Part shown: positions 1-13,333 of the stretch, one piece after another | Layout: each line of letters begins with the position of its first letter | Position numbering within the stretch: position 1 is the first letter of the stretch | NCBI GenBank assembly: GCA_024704765.1 | Contig: JAKMXF010000011.1 | Span: forward strand, 727,557 to 791,556 | Reading direction: 5' to 3' | From: Oopsacas minuta | Taxonomy: Eukaryota > Animalia > Porifera | DNA length: 64,000 nt | Translations under genes and position numbers: made by a program | Notes under the pieces: generated by a model | What the model saw: the letters and a program-made list of their open reading frames with translations, nothing else | Told to the model about the DNA's origin: nothing | Database searches by the model: none

Positions 1-184
1 ACACTTTCTACGTCCCAGTCTTCTGCCATAATTTATCTTTTAATAATATGAATATTGAATTTAGCCTACTAATAATTCTTTACTGGATATCATTGATACG
101 TGGATACCTTGGATCGTTTTTCATTCATTAGATCAAATTGCAAGCTTTTTGCTTACAAATCTAGTTATCAATTTGTATTTTTAG

Positions 185-1881
<1,697 letters not shown>

Positions 1882-2700
1882 ATTGTCCGAGTTGGGTAAG
1901 TTTAAATTTCTGCAAGTGTAACTTCTGGCTTGTTTCTTGAGATTTTTCACAAAGTGCGTGTGGTAGGAGAGAAGTATATTTTGCAATTTGTACAACCACG
2001 TATTCTTTTAACTGATGGTTTGCTCATTTAGAACTTTAATTAATTCAATTGTCCTGGAATATGGCTATATGTATATGAATGATAATGTAGTGTTTATTTA
2101 GCATGACTAGATTTCTATAACGATTTCTTTTACATACATTGCATGTGTAGAATCTGCTATCATAGATAACTTGAGAGGTAATTTCCTGTGCAAAATGCGA
2201 TTCCTATTTACTATTATCTTAACTCGACATACACGATATATTTTAGCATTTCCTAAGTTCATTAGTGGATACCAAATATACCTCAGTACTTTCCGTTTCA
2301 CTCTTATTAACTGACATAACATATTATCTACCGCAGGTACTTTGGCACAGCTTACATGATATTACAATTCATTATCTAATCACCTATGTATATTTACCTG
2401 ATTTGTAAGCACAAGCTTTTCCTTGTAATCAGGTCCGTAATTGAATAATACAAAATTAGAATATAATTAGAGTTGTTTATTTCAAGATAAATAATGGTCA
2501 TAATTCTAATAAGCTTAATTACGACTCATATTTTATTAACTCAAAATTTTGGCTTGGATTTTGTGCTTTGCTCTGTGAAATATTGAATTACATAACATGT
2601 ATGTACTTGCTTTAATAGTTCATTATTGACCTTCTCCAAACTACTCGAGTTTACTATTTAAGTTATATAAATACTAACCTATTGTTATTTCATACAAAAA

Positions 2701-4650
2701 ATGGCAGCAAAAGTATTTGGTTATCAACTATTTCCATCAAAATTATTCGAACTCGATCTTGCTAATGATGAGAAGAATGAAACACAGAAAGAAATTAAAT
2801 CAATGCTTCAAAAGGATCCATCTCTTGCCCTGAATAGTCAATTCACAGAACGGAATAATACGTACGCCGTAATACCCCCTTTTCCTATTTTCTATCACAC
2901 GCGCGCTCAAACTTCTCTACTTCGAAGCGTATTTCTTTGTCTGCAGGAAAACAACACGAATGAGAAGTTTTTTGAATGTTCTTTCGACCATTTTAAATGT
3001 AAATCCACTCGAATTGAGCATTTTATACAGGACGTGTATGCGTTATTTCAACCCATAACTAAAGGTAAAAAAAAGCCCACTCCCGAGATACCGTGGATGA
3101 ATGAGGGTTATGTACAGAGATTCTACAATAATTCTATGACTTTTAAAGAATTTGGGGATAGTCTACTTGCGATTTTTGATTTTAAGGCTAAGACGAGTTG
3201 GGAGCTGGTTACCTTATGTTGGAAAACATACAACCGTGAAATTTTCCATAAATTCAGTGATAATACGCTTGTTACAAAAATTGAGGAGGAAAATCTGCGG
3301 AAATTATTCGAGATATTTACTCATCTTGACAATAACATGATGTGTCGTTTATCTCCGTTCATTTTGTACCAATTCATTACCTGGTGGATTTCGGAATCTG
3401 GTGTTAAGCCAATTAAAGAAACGCAACAGTTAGCGGAATGGTATAAAATAACGCGAAGTGATTACAAGATTTATTTCCCTGAATTCTTGAAGCAAATACA
3501 TCGACTCTACTTTAGCGGTGTGCCTCATCATATTTATAAAACGCTCATACTTGATGCTTGGGACTCGATTGTTTCTGGTGTTATTAAGAAAGGAGTTTTG
3601 GAAAAGGTAGGGCCAAATAAAGGCCGTTGGCTATCACGAGTTATGCACTTGCATATTGATCGTATCGATTATTTTAAGAAGAAATCAGATGGGAGTTATG
3701 ACTCAAGAGGGACTATTCACCTCGGACCGAAGTCGAGCGTGGTTGAAATATTTTCAGAAGATAAAATCGGTTTCTTCCAATTGGTGGTGGTATGTAGTGA
3801 GAGTATGAGACGGTTCCTACTTCGTTGTGACGACCAGAGAATTCGACATATCTGGGTAACAAGCATTCGAAACGTTCTGGATGTCATGAAAGGGGCAATG
3901 AGGCCTATGTCATTGGAAAAACCTGTGAAATTCATTGAGGATACTAAAGGAGATTTGGTTAAACTACGCTCAGCTACTGAAGTAAGTGGAGTCAATACTC
4001 TAGACGGGAAACAGATCGTATTCAATAAACGACACTCTGATGATTTTACTCAACATTTTAAAATTCATTTTCCACCTCCCCTTAGACGTTCATCTTCTTT
4101 TTCAAGAATGCGCAACTATATGAATGAAGATGAACGAAGCTCAGTTTGTTCAAAGGCGAGTACAATGAGTGGATGTATGGATTTGACTCTTTCACCACAC
4201 CCGGGTCAAGAGTTTCGATTTTTCTCTTCGAATAAATTTGATTTAATAAACGAGAGATCACCTAGTCCCACTGGTAGTAGTGATTGTTCAGGAGTAGAAT
4301 ATGAGTCGATGAAAAGTACTGCCGAATCTTTGAGGAGAGCTGATTCATCTAATATTGAGTTTCACAATGATTTTTCATTCTGCCCCAAGCCTATGGCGAA
4401 AAGCCATACAATTGATGATGGCTTAAATTCAAGTGGCGATTCGTTCAAAGATTTTCAAAATATTCCGAACACAAGTACTGGTACTCCAGTCCCAAAGCCA
4501 CGTAAAAAGGTGACCGCTTCTATTTCCAATATGAAAGATCTTAAGGCTATACCTCAAGTACCACCCAGACGCTTACCTCAACCCCCAAGTAGATTATCTT
4601 CTCGTGGGAAAATTTACGAGAATACTGGTTTACTGCTTAATCAATTATAA
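2701..4650 (+). CDS. EF-hand-like + PH domain protein (SWAP70/DEF6-like architecture), single exon
   Basis: 649-aa ORF with a PH domain (IKKGVLEKVG..W..R..GTIHL..FLLRC....R..WVTSIR) preceded by a helical EF-hand-like region and followed by a Ser/Pro-rich tail. Confidence 0.6.
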   Translation: MAAKVFGYQLFPSKLFELDLANDEKNETQKEIKSMLQKDPSLALNSQFTERNNTYAVIPPFPIFYHTRAQTSLLRSVFLCLQENNTNEKFFECSFDHFKCKSTRIEHFIQDVYALFQPITKGKKKPTPEIPWMNEGYVQRFYNNSMTFKEFGDSLLAIFDFKAKTSWELVTLCWKTYNREIFHKFSDNTLVTKIEEENLRKLFEIFTHLDNNMMCRLSPFILYQFITWWISESGVKPIKETQQLAEWYKITRSDYKIYFPEFLKQIHRLYFSGVPHHIYKTLILDAWDSIVSGVIKKGVLEKVGPNKGRWLSRVMHLHIDRIDYFKKKSDGSYDSRGTIHLGPKSSVVEIFSEDKIGFFQLVVVCSESMRRFLLRCDDQRIRHIWVTSIRNVLDVMKGAMRPMSLEKPVKFIEDTKGDLVKLRSATEVSGVNTLDGKQIVFNKRHSDDFTQHFKIHFPPPLRRSSSFSRMRNYMNEDERSSVCSKASTMSGCMDLTLSPHPGQEFRFFSSNKFDLINERSPSPTGSSDCSGVEYESMKSTAESLRRADSSNIEFHNDFSFCPKPMAKSHTIDDGLNSSGDSFKDFQNIPNTSTGTPVPKPRKKVTASISNMKDLKAIPQVPPRRLPQPPSRLSSRGKIYENTGLLLNQL

Positions 4651-5424
4651 GTAACTTTAATTATATTTCTTAGATAAGCTGGCTGTATTCGCTAATGCTA
4701 TACGAATTATATTTTTGATATTATCGTATATACATATTTGTAATGAAGTTTGATTTATGAATTAATAAAATCTTTTATCCACAAATATTTGAGGATAATT
4801 TGATACTTTTCATCTCCACTTAAGAATATTTAGATCTATTAAGATGACGTCATTATGTAATGCATAGCTATCATTATGATAATAATTCTAAGATCATTTG
4901 ATTATATGGGAAGTGCCACAGGGAAAAATTTCTTGATTTAAGAATAATCTTCATTATTCACTTTTAATTGTAGTACCTTTCAGAATGTGTTATGACGGGT
5001 ATCGTATTTTTCAGAGAATATTCGTCCCTCTTTTTCTATACTTAGCTGATTAAAATACAGATCATGTGTGGACCAAATATTAGAGGGTAAGGTTATATTC
5101 CTATGAAACTGCCCTTGGATATTTGGGCTGTGGGGAAAGGAATCTCTAGATGTCCCCTTGGATTCATTTCCTACGTCATAAAGGGTGAAAAGTTCATTTA
5201 GTAAGTCAAGGTGTATGCGGATCTGGTCAATCTAATTTATTTCTAATGGTGGAAGTTTTTTAGCACTTAGCACATACGCCTTTTGGTAGGGCTTGGCTTG
5301 TGCAAAAGTATTATGAATTAATCAGAATCGGTATAGTCTCTATATAGAAATATTCTTACACTTTTCAATGTTATAACAATTTAGTTCATTTTTACATTTG
5401 TAATATACATAGAGATTAGTGTTG

Positions 5425-8400
5425 ATGAGTGAGTACGAGTATATACCTGTTGGAAGACGTGAAGTTAGAGCGACAACAGGACCACCTGCTTACAACGTTG
5501 AACTTTCAGATCTTTCAGCAGAGTATGTTTATTCAGATGTCTTCTCTAAGAAACAATCAGATACACAAGCTGGAAGTTCTAAGACAATTGAAACGTCAAA
5601 GCCTCGTAAAAAGGTGAATTTATATAGAGAGATAAGTGTTTAGGAAGTCTGCATAGGAAATGAACTTTCAAGATTCAGATTTATGCGTGTAATCCGTCGA
5701 TACCAAATATTCAATGATCTCATAGTTAATGTACGCTAGTACAAGTATTTGAAATTTGCTTGCATATACTTTTGCTTCACATGGGTTTTTAGAGTAAGGA
5801 TACACCATGTGGATTATTCTGTGAATAAGGGAAGGGAAAACGCTACAGTTGACACGTAAATTAGAAATAAATATAACTGTCTCATTAGGCTATGTTTAAG
5901 ATGTAATAAAGTTATAAATATTAATTATATAGAGTATTGACTCCATTCAGACAAGCAAAAACAAACAGTCTTGTTTCAAGAATTTGATAAATCTTGAACC
6001 AAGTTTTAAGCACTTGGGCAAGAAGAAATCGGATACAACTCCTAAACATCCAAAACTAAGCAAAGACCAAATCATACAGACAAGCACAACTCCAAGACAG
6101 GCCCCACTGTCAAATCCAAGCTTCACACACTCAAAATCTGTAGAAAATCTTGAAGAAACTTTTCCTTCAACAACTACTCCTCTGCAAGTTCCTTTTGATA
6201 CTATTGATACTGAAGATTATAAATCAAAATCATCTTCAATGAATTTTTTGCATATTTTTAATACAAAACAAGTTGTATCACCTCTGACTAATTATGATAG
6301 TAGTGAACCAAACCAGACGAGTGCTCCACCAACCAATGCCAATCGTGGAGAAGTTGATCATATTTACGAAGAATTGGATGATATTACGAAAAAAGAAATA
6401 ATTAAGGAAACTGATTTGAACTATGTAGTATTCCAATCTCCTCTAAATGGTAGAATTAGACCTGAGGATCGTTTTACGGCTGAGAATCGCCCACCTGAAC
6501 CCCTACCTCAACATATCCGTGGTTCAAACCAACAAACTCTATTCCCTAACTCGTCCAAACAGAAAACACACTCTTTATCACGAGATGTTCATAAAGCAAT
6601 CCCTCCACAAAAACCACCAATAACGATAACTACGAAAATATCTGAGAATATCCTCGATAATACTCGAATTAAAAAACATCCTCCTGTACCTGAAAAGCCG
6701 AATTTGATCAAGAAATCATTAAAGGAACTTAGTCAGAGTGGAGAGAAACCTACCACTATGAAAACTAATTCACAGAAACAATTTTCTGATATTCCAACAA
6801 CAATCACTTCACTTTCACGTGATTCTTCTATTAAGTTTACTATTCCGCTAAATATCGCTACTTCTATTCCGTTATATTCACTACAGAGATCTCAGAATAT
6901 TACTTCTGAGATTCAGACTGTCACTGATATATTTGTAGGTGGATTTGATGATGATTTTATAGATGATGATGATCCTCTTTTGTTTAATTTCAAGTCTCAA
7001 ACTACTGATATCTCTAGCAGGTAGGCTACTGTTAATCAAGGGGTAGGATGTACTCCCGAAATATACATGATTCAAATCTAATGCAAGAGTTTCCTACCTT
7101 TTTCACATGTGGACCTGCGAGCTAATATTTTTGAAATTTCTGTATTTAACTCAGATTTTTCATGTATTCTCCTAGGTTTTATCTGTAATATTTTTTATAG
7201 GCTTGCTATGGAAGCATCTCTATCCTCGTTTGACAGCACAGACTATGCTACTTATGATAGAATCCTAAGAGAAATAAATACATACTCTAAACGGGCTACT
7301 ATTAAACGACCAAACTTCAATTGTATTAACAGTGTTGATTATGTTACATACGATAAGGTCATCAACTTGACTAGATCACACAGTGCTGACCTAGAGGGAT
7401 ATGTTACTACAGAGGTACGTGTGTAGTGTGGTAGAATGGTTGTATCTAGTACCAGAAGGCTGGAGTCAAGACCACGAACTGTTATAACATAATAGCTTCC
7501 ATAGAGACCTGCAAAATCACATACTTACCAACCCTCCCGGATTTCACGTCTTACCCAAATTTGAAAATTCCGGGAAAATATTCAATTTTTTGCGATATTT
7601 CTGGATATTTTAGTGTGGAATAGGAGAATGACGTGAAACCTGGGAAATATTGAAAATCCCGAGAAATTTTTAAATAGGTTTGGTAAGAATAAAATTCGTT
7701 TTTCTTATCATTTCTCTTAATGGAAATGTTTAACGACTCAAAGGTTAAAACATTTAATATGACGTCAAATGTCAATATACAGCCAACTCCCTTTATATTG
7801 AAGCTCAAAGGACCGCGATAATTCTATATAAGCAGAGCTCGATATAACCAATTAGATTTGTGTTAGTTTGACAGTTTGGAGCCCTATTTGCACAATTTCA
7901 GAAATAAGCGGGTATTTCAATATGTCCGTGTTTGATATAACGGGACTTAACAGATGGTAAAATGGGTAAAATTATAGCTTTTACAACGTTATTTGATACT
8001 TTTATTAATATTTTAGATGATGCGTAGCAATCAAGCTAAATCCTCACTACCTAACTCAAAAATGGAACAGGTTGAATACATAAACACTGAACACACTCAA
8101 CCAAATGAATTTAAGTGTAAACACATTAAAACTTGGAATCCTCGTCCTAATAAGAGTCCAAAACCCCAGCCAAGAACAACTAAACCTGTTCCCCCCGCTA
8201 AGCCTGTTTTAAATGTTTCAAAAAGTAAAGGTAACACTCCTTCACATATTGTAGCAAGAGCTAGTTCATTTGAAGATCCTGGATATGTAGGTATGTGTTT
8301 ATAATACTACCAGATTGCCAGATGATGACCCCCACAAAGATCATGTCACAAACTTGAAAATTAATGCCATATTCACGTCATAAGTCAAAGTTTTTGCTAA

Positions 8401-11400
8401 AGCCAAATCTCTGAACTTTGTTCATGATCTGGCAACACAGAATATAATTAAAATACTAAATTAAAAGTAAATTTTGGCCTCTCCAGACTGTGTATAAATA
8501 GATAGCCCAATGGATAGCTTATGTATTCAGCTTATATTTCTTAGGAGAAGATACAGCTTGTTTACAACCCCCTACAACAAACAGAGAAAATCTGGTACAG
8601 TCTTTCCACGAGTATGCTGACTCTCAAATTATTGACAACATGGATATGCCAGGAGATAGTTTTTTCAAATCGAGTAGGAGAAGAAAATCTATTTTGAAGC
8701 CTTCTGGGCCCAAGTAAGATATTTCCTTAGTTTCTTATATGTATAGTTTGTAGATCACAGAATTTGAATAGAGTATTTCCTGTAGGATGAGCAGAGATTC
8801 TTCTATCTACACTAATTACATAGACAATTCACATATACTGAGATCTTCTCAGAAGAGAAACTACGCTGAAGCTCCTGTTGAATATGATTATGTTTGTCCT
8901 GTAGAGCTTAGAATTCCATTCCGGTAAGTGGGAGTGCCGATCTACCACAACTAGCGTGAAACTTCCACAAATGGGAGACTTCTGGAAACGGAGTGAATAT
9001 TAAACAGAGCGAATTTATTCTCCCATACATATGAACCTCCACAAACCGTGAATTTGGCAGAAACTGGGAAACGGGGTAGTCTTTTTCGGCATCCCTAGCA
9101 CCCCATTAATGGAGGCTACACTGAGTTATTATTTATTGAAAAATCTTCGTTTACATTATTTTACCAGTTTGGCTAGTTTGTTATATAAGGTATTTATAGC
9201 TAGATGAGTTAGCTTTTTTGTGTAATTATGTTGGGTTATCTGACCAAATGCTTCTATTTATACCATTTGAATTTTCACAGAGTCAGCTGGGCTCCTCTCT
9301 TCTTTGAAGATGATTTCAGCTATGTACCTAGTATGGAAGTAGCAAAACTATTATCTGCACTGAATGTAACTAATCATATAAATGAAGGCTGGGATTTTCA
9401 TCAGTACTCAACTGTTGTAAATTCTAAAGCTGCTAAGCCACCACCTCCTATTCACCCCAAGACTGATTCCTTACTGAGGGAGAATAACAAAAGATTGATG
9501 CCATTCAGGTACTTGATTGTGAATTCTTATGGCCCCCCCCGTTACCTATATTTGAACTCTGAACCTTAACCAGCATCCACTGTATATTTCTTATTACGTG
9601 CTATTCATTAAATCCAGGCCTTCTCTAAACTGTACACCTGAAGACGAGAGTGTAGTCTCAATTGCTAGAAGAGGTCCAGCTGCTATTCTAACAAGATCTA
9701 ACAGAATATCATTCAGATCTTCATTCCCACTTCTCTCTCAAATGTCTTCTACTAACTCTACTGACAGCGTGTTTGATGATCAATTTTATAGTTTGCCTAT
9801 TACACCAGCAATGAATACTTTCAAAAAGTTAGTATTCCATCTCGGTTATATCAAACCCGCTTATACCGAAGTAATTATCGCGGTCACTTGAAGTTCGATA
9901 TAGCGGAGTTGACTTTATTAAATATAACTATCATGAACTTTACCCTTTCCAACAGGTCTACAGGCCGTGGCAAGTTCCCATCCAAACCCATGCTGCCTCC
10001 ATCCAAAGAAGTACCAGAGCTTAATTCTAGCATGCCAATAACCACGCCTTGTAGTATGGATGAGAATGGAGATTCTATAACTCGTAGTCACAGTGCTTCT
10101 AAAATTGAGTTAAGTCAGTTTAATGATGCACTCACTGAAGTACAGAGTCATACTCTTAATAGATATCAACAGAAGCAGAAGAAGTCCAAGCAGTCCTCCA
10201 CCGATTCTGATGTAAGTTGAATTTAAGTACAATGAACTCTCTTCATGCGATAAATGGTCCCAGATATATATATATATGTTTGACACTTCATTAATGATTA
10301 TTTTATTTATTCTTCTATCCAGAAAGTGATGAAAAAAGGGAGTGTAGAACAAAATTCGTAAGTTAGAAACGATACAATTCTGATTTAATACTCGTAATAA
10401 TCAATTATCATGAAAATTAGTCTCAGATTTAGCATTATTTTCCAATTATTTGGACTATTAATCGAAGCTCAAAATCGTGCGTGAAATATTTACTTGTGAC
10501 GTAATAACCTCACTGAATGTAGATTCGATAATGACACTACAGTTTTCACAAGACTACCTAGCAGACCATCTCTAGAGCGCGAAAAATTCGAAATGCGCTT
10601 TTCTACAACAATTCTATTAGAAGAGGATAATATAATACAAGTTCCTTCATCTGCTGTCTCCTTCCAAATAACTATTGATTCTATGGCTGTTGCTAAAACG
10701 ATGGGAGGAGAGCAACCTATTGAATTTATTATTAGAGTATTCACCAATTACAGGTTTCTAACTATTAAAATGTTAATACAGTCAATTCCCGTTATATCGA
10801 AGCTCTACGAACCGCGGAAATTCCTTCGATACAAATATAAGTTACTTTTGCAGATTGTGACCCTAGTTATACAACTTCAGACTTCTATATAAGCGGGTAT
10901 TTAGATATATCCGTGTTCGATAGGAAGGAAATTGACCGTAAAATGAAACGAATACATTATACAAACAACAAACAAACAACAATTAAAATCTCAAATTCTT
11001 CACTTTAGCTACTGGGATAGCAAACTAGATTCTTCAAAGAAAGGATTATTCAGAGAGAAATCAGTTAATTTAAGTCCTATAGTTAGTATCAGCTGTAACA
11101 AGTCACCTCCTCCTAATCTCGGTAACATGCTACTAACTATACCTATATGTGGACAGATAGATGGTTGGTTGTATCTGTTATGTCAGAAAGATGTGGATAA
11201 TCTGTATGGATCTGAGAGGAAAGATACTTGTAAGTATTTCAAGGCTTTGTATAAATAAAGTCAACATCCTATACCTTGAACAGTTTTTGATTTTCCAATA
11301 TGTTCAGTGATACAAGAAATTGACAATACTTGCACAAACTTATTTATCTTATCTTATCTCCCTCCAGCTACTTTCAAACTATGTGATGATAGAGTAGAGA

Positions 11401-12273
11401 TATCAACTCCTTTATTCGGATACTACTGTATTAAAGGGAAATACTCTGAGAAGAGCTTAAAGCAGATTTGTGTTAAGAAGGTGGTATTTATAGCATTCAG
11501 GGGGTTGTTTAATCTAAACAAGATTCTTATTGGGATGTGTAATGACACTCCTGATGATACTAAGGTGAGTTTGTCGCAATTCTGCTAATTTCTTAATTAC
11601 ACAAAATATTTCGTATTACAGTGGAGTTCACCTATTATAGAGGTTCCCAACCGTTTTCACCCTCGTAGACCCCCTATCCCAAATTTAACACTTTCTGTGA
11701 CCCCCCCCCCCAGTTGACTGCAATACAAATATTGAGATCCTGTGACCCCTACTGTTGTCAGTGGACCCGAATTTGGGAACCACTGCCCTATTATCAATCG
11801 TAGTTTGCATGAATTTCCCTGCTAATACGTAATTTGTACTTATGCTGTTTCCCCAATTAAGGAGAATCGCGTGTTTATTTCAACTAATTCATTTGTCTCA
11901 TATTAGTTATACAAAGAAGAAATGCATGACAGACATTACAGAGCAATAAAGTCAGAACCTTGTCAATACTTACTCACATTTACACCAACTCAACAGCCTT
12001 TAAGGATTAGTTTGAAGATTGATGGTAAAACTAATTTAACAGAAATGGTAATAACTGAATATAATATACCCAAAATTCCTAGTTGTTGAATTTATATTCT
12101 GTCTCTAGGAGATCCCATTCATAACAGCTTGGAAGATGGTACCAAATATAGGATCAGGAGAGGCTCCACCTCCTACACCTTCCTGCATTTTCACGCTACC
12201 TACTCCTTCTCACATTGTAGATTTAACTGTTAGACACGGTCAGAATTGTGTACATTATTCTCTGAACACCTGA
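5425..12273 (+). CDS. About 1270-aa Tyr/Pro-rich scaffold with C-terminal ZU5-UPA-like module, 15 exons
   Basis: Exons 5425-5613, 5933-7020, 7201-7414, 8017-8290, 8545-8713, 8786-8923, 9281-9508, 9618-9827, 9956-10211, 10323-10357, 10523-10753, 11009-11229, 11308-11564, 11907-12047 and 12109-12273 splice GT-AG into one open frame (3816 nt). C-terminal LSPIVSISC..MLLTIPIC..GW and IGMCNDTPDD resemble ZU5 and UPA. The last exon is uncertain (alternative donor near 12238 to an exon at 12642). Confidence 0.65.
7521..7687. mobile_element. Putative MITE (cttaccaacc...ggtttggtaag)
   Basis: Short inverted termini with an interior rich in ccggga/gaaatt motifs; intronic. Confidence 0.35.
7780..7953. 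mobile_element. MITE family A, degenerate
   Basis: TA-cagccaactccc..gaagctc..aagcgggtatttc..tccgtgtttgatataacggg. Confidence 0.75.
8950..9124. mobile_element. MITE family B
   Basis: gtgaaacttccacaaa...cggcatccctagcacc...ggaggctacactg; similar to 13116-13270 and 53308-53455. Confidence 0.7.
9841..9916. mobile_element. MITE family A, partial
   Basis: cccgcttata..gtaattatcgcgg..ttcgatatagcggagttgact. Confidence 0.65.
10779..10938. mobile_element. MITE family A
   Basis: TA-cagtcaattcccgttatatcg...gaaattgaccg-TA. Confidence 0.8.
11641..11786. mobile_element. MITE family D (hAT-like termini)
   Basis: ggttcccaa...tttgggaaccactg termini with a gacccct.ctgt..c.gtggac core shared with 15145-15192, 28046-28132 and 40433-40555. 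Confidence 0.65.
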
Positions 12274-12450
12274 ATTATCCTACAAGTAAGTTACTGTAAG
12301 AAATAATTGAAGAAATTTACTTTAATTTTGGGAGTTTGCTACTTGTATTTTAGAATGATTCAAAATATACTTATGTAAGTGTTTTGTCCCACTGAAACGC
12401 TCCAAAAGCTGAATTATCCCCGTCAGTTTTGGCAACTAGATATAGTAATA

Positions 12451-12617
12451 CTGTGACCTCACGTTATAACGAACACTGACATATTGAAATACCTGCTTAT
12501 ATCAAAGTCATAAAATTGTACAAATATGGTCCCAAACTGTAAAAGTAGCATAATTCCATTAGTTATATCGAAGAAATTATCGCGGGTGCCTTGAGCTTGA
12601 TATAACGAGAGCTGATA
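12451..12617. mobile_element. MITE family A, degenerate
   Basis: gaaatacctgcttatatc..ttgtacaaatatggtcccaa..ttatcgcgg..ttgagcttgatataacgagag. Confidence 0.7.
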
Positions 12618-13115
12618 TACTTTAAAATATTCACTTTTTAGAATTTCCCCATTTAAACACTTATACAGTGGACCTGCTTACTGCTCTGAGAGAATACTTT
12701 GAAGTTGTAACCATTTTCTCTCCTCACAAGTGTTGATGTATGTATTTGTTCATTCTATATAAATATATGCTTATTTGTTTGCATGAATTTGCTACTCATG
12801 AGTCCAAGCTTTGTATATAATCCTTAGTTTCCTATTCACACTAATGGAATTTTAACAGTCTGTATTAAAATAATATTTTGATTGCAATGTTATATTATTT
12901 AGATTTCATTATTTTGACCTTTCGTATCCTACTAAGCATTAGCAAAAGTAACGCTGAATATAACTTCTATTTTATTTTTCGTATTTGGCAGTTGCAAATT
13001 TATTCCCTTCAAATCTGCTGATTCGACTTTTGATACATTTTTGTATGATTTAGAAGCCAAAATGTTTCTCTATTTGCTAATTTATCCTCGAACTACTTTT
13101 CTTATGGATTAATAC

Positions 13116-13270
13116 AGTGAAACTTCCATAAACTGGGCTGTGGAAACGGGGAAATTCTGAAAACAGCGTAAAAATGAAGAAAGCGATTTCCCAGTCCAAT
13201 TCCATTGAACCTCCTTAAACGGAGTATCATTTTTCGGGGTCCCTAGCACCAGTTTGTGGAGGTTACGCTC
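13116..13270. mobile_element. MITE family B
   Basis: TA-cagtgaaacttccataaac...ccctagcacc...ggaggttacgct. Confidence 0.7.
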
Positions 13271-13333
13271 TATTAATGAAAAACAGCAACTTATTGGTAA
13301 TATTACAATAATATGATCTAGCAGTATACACTC

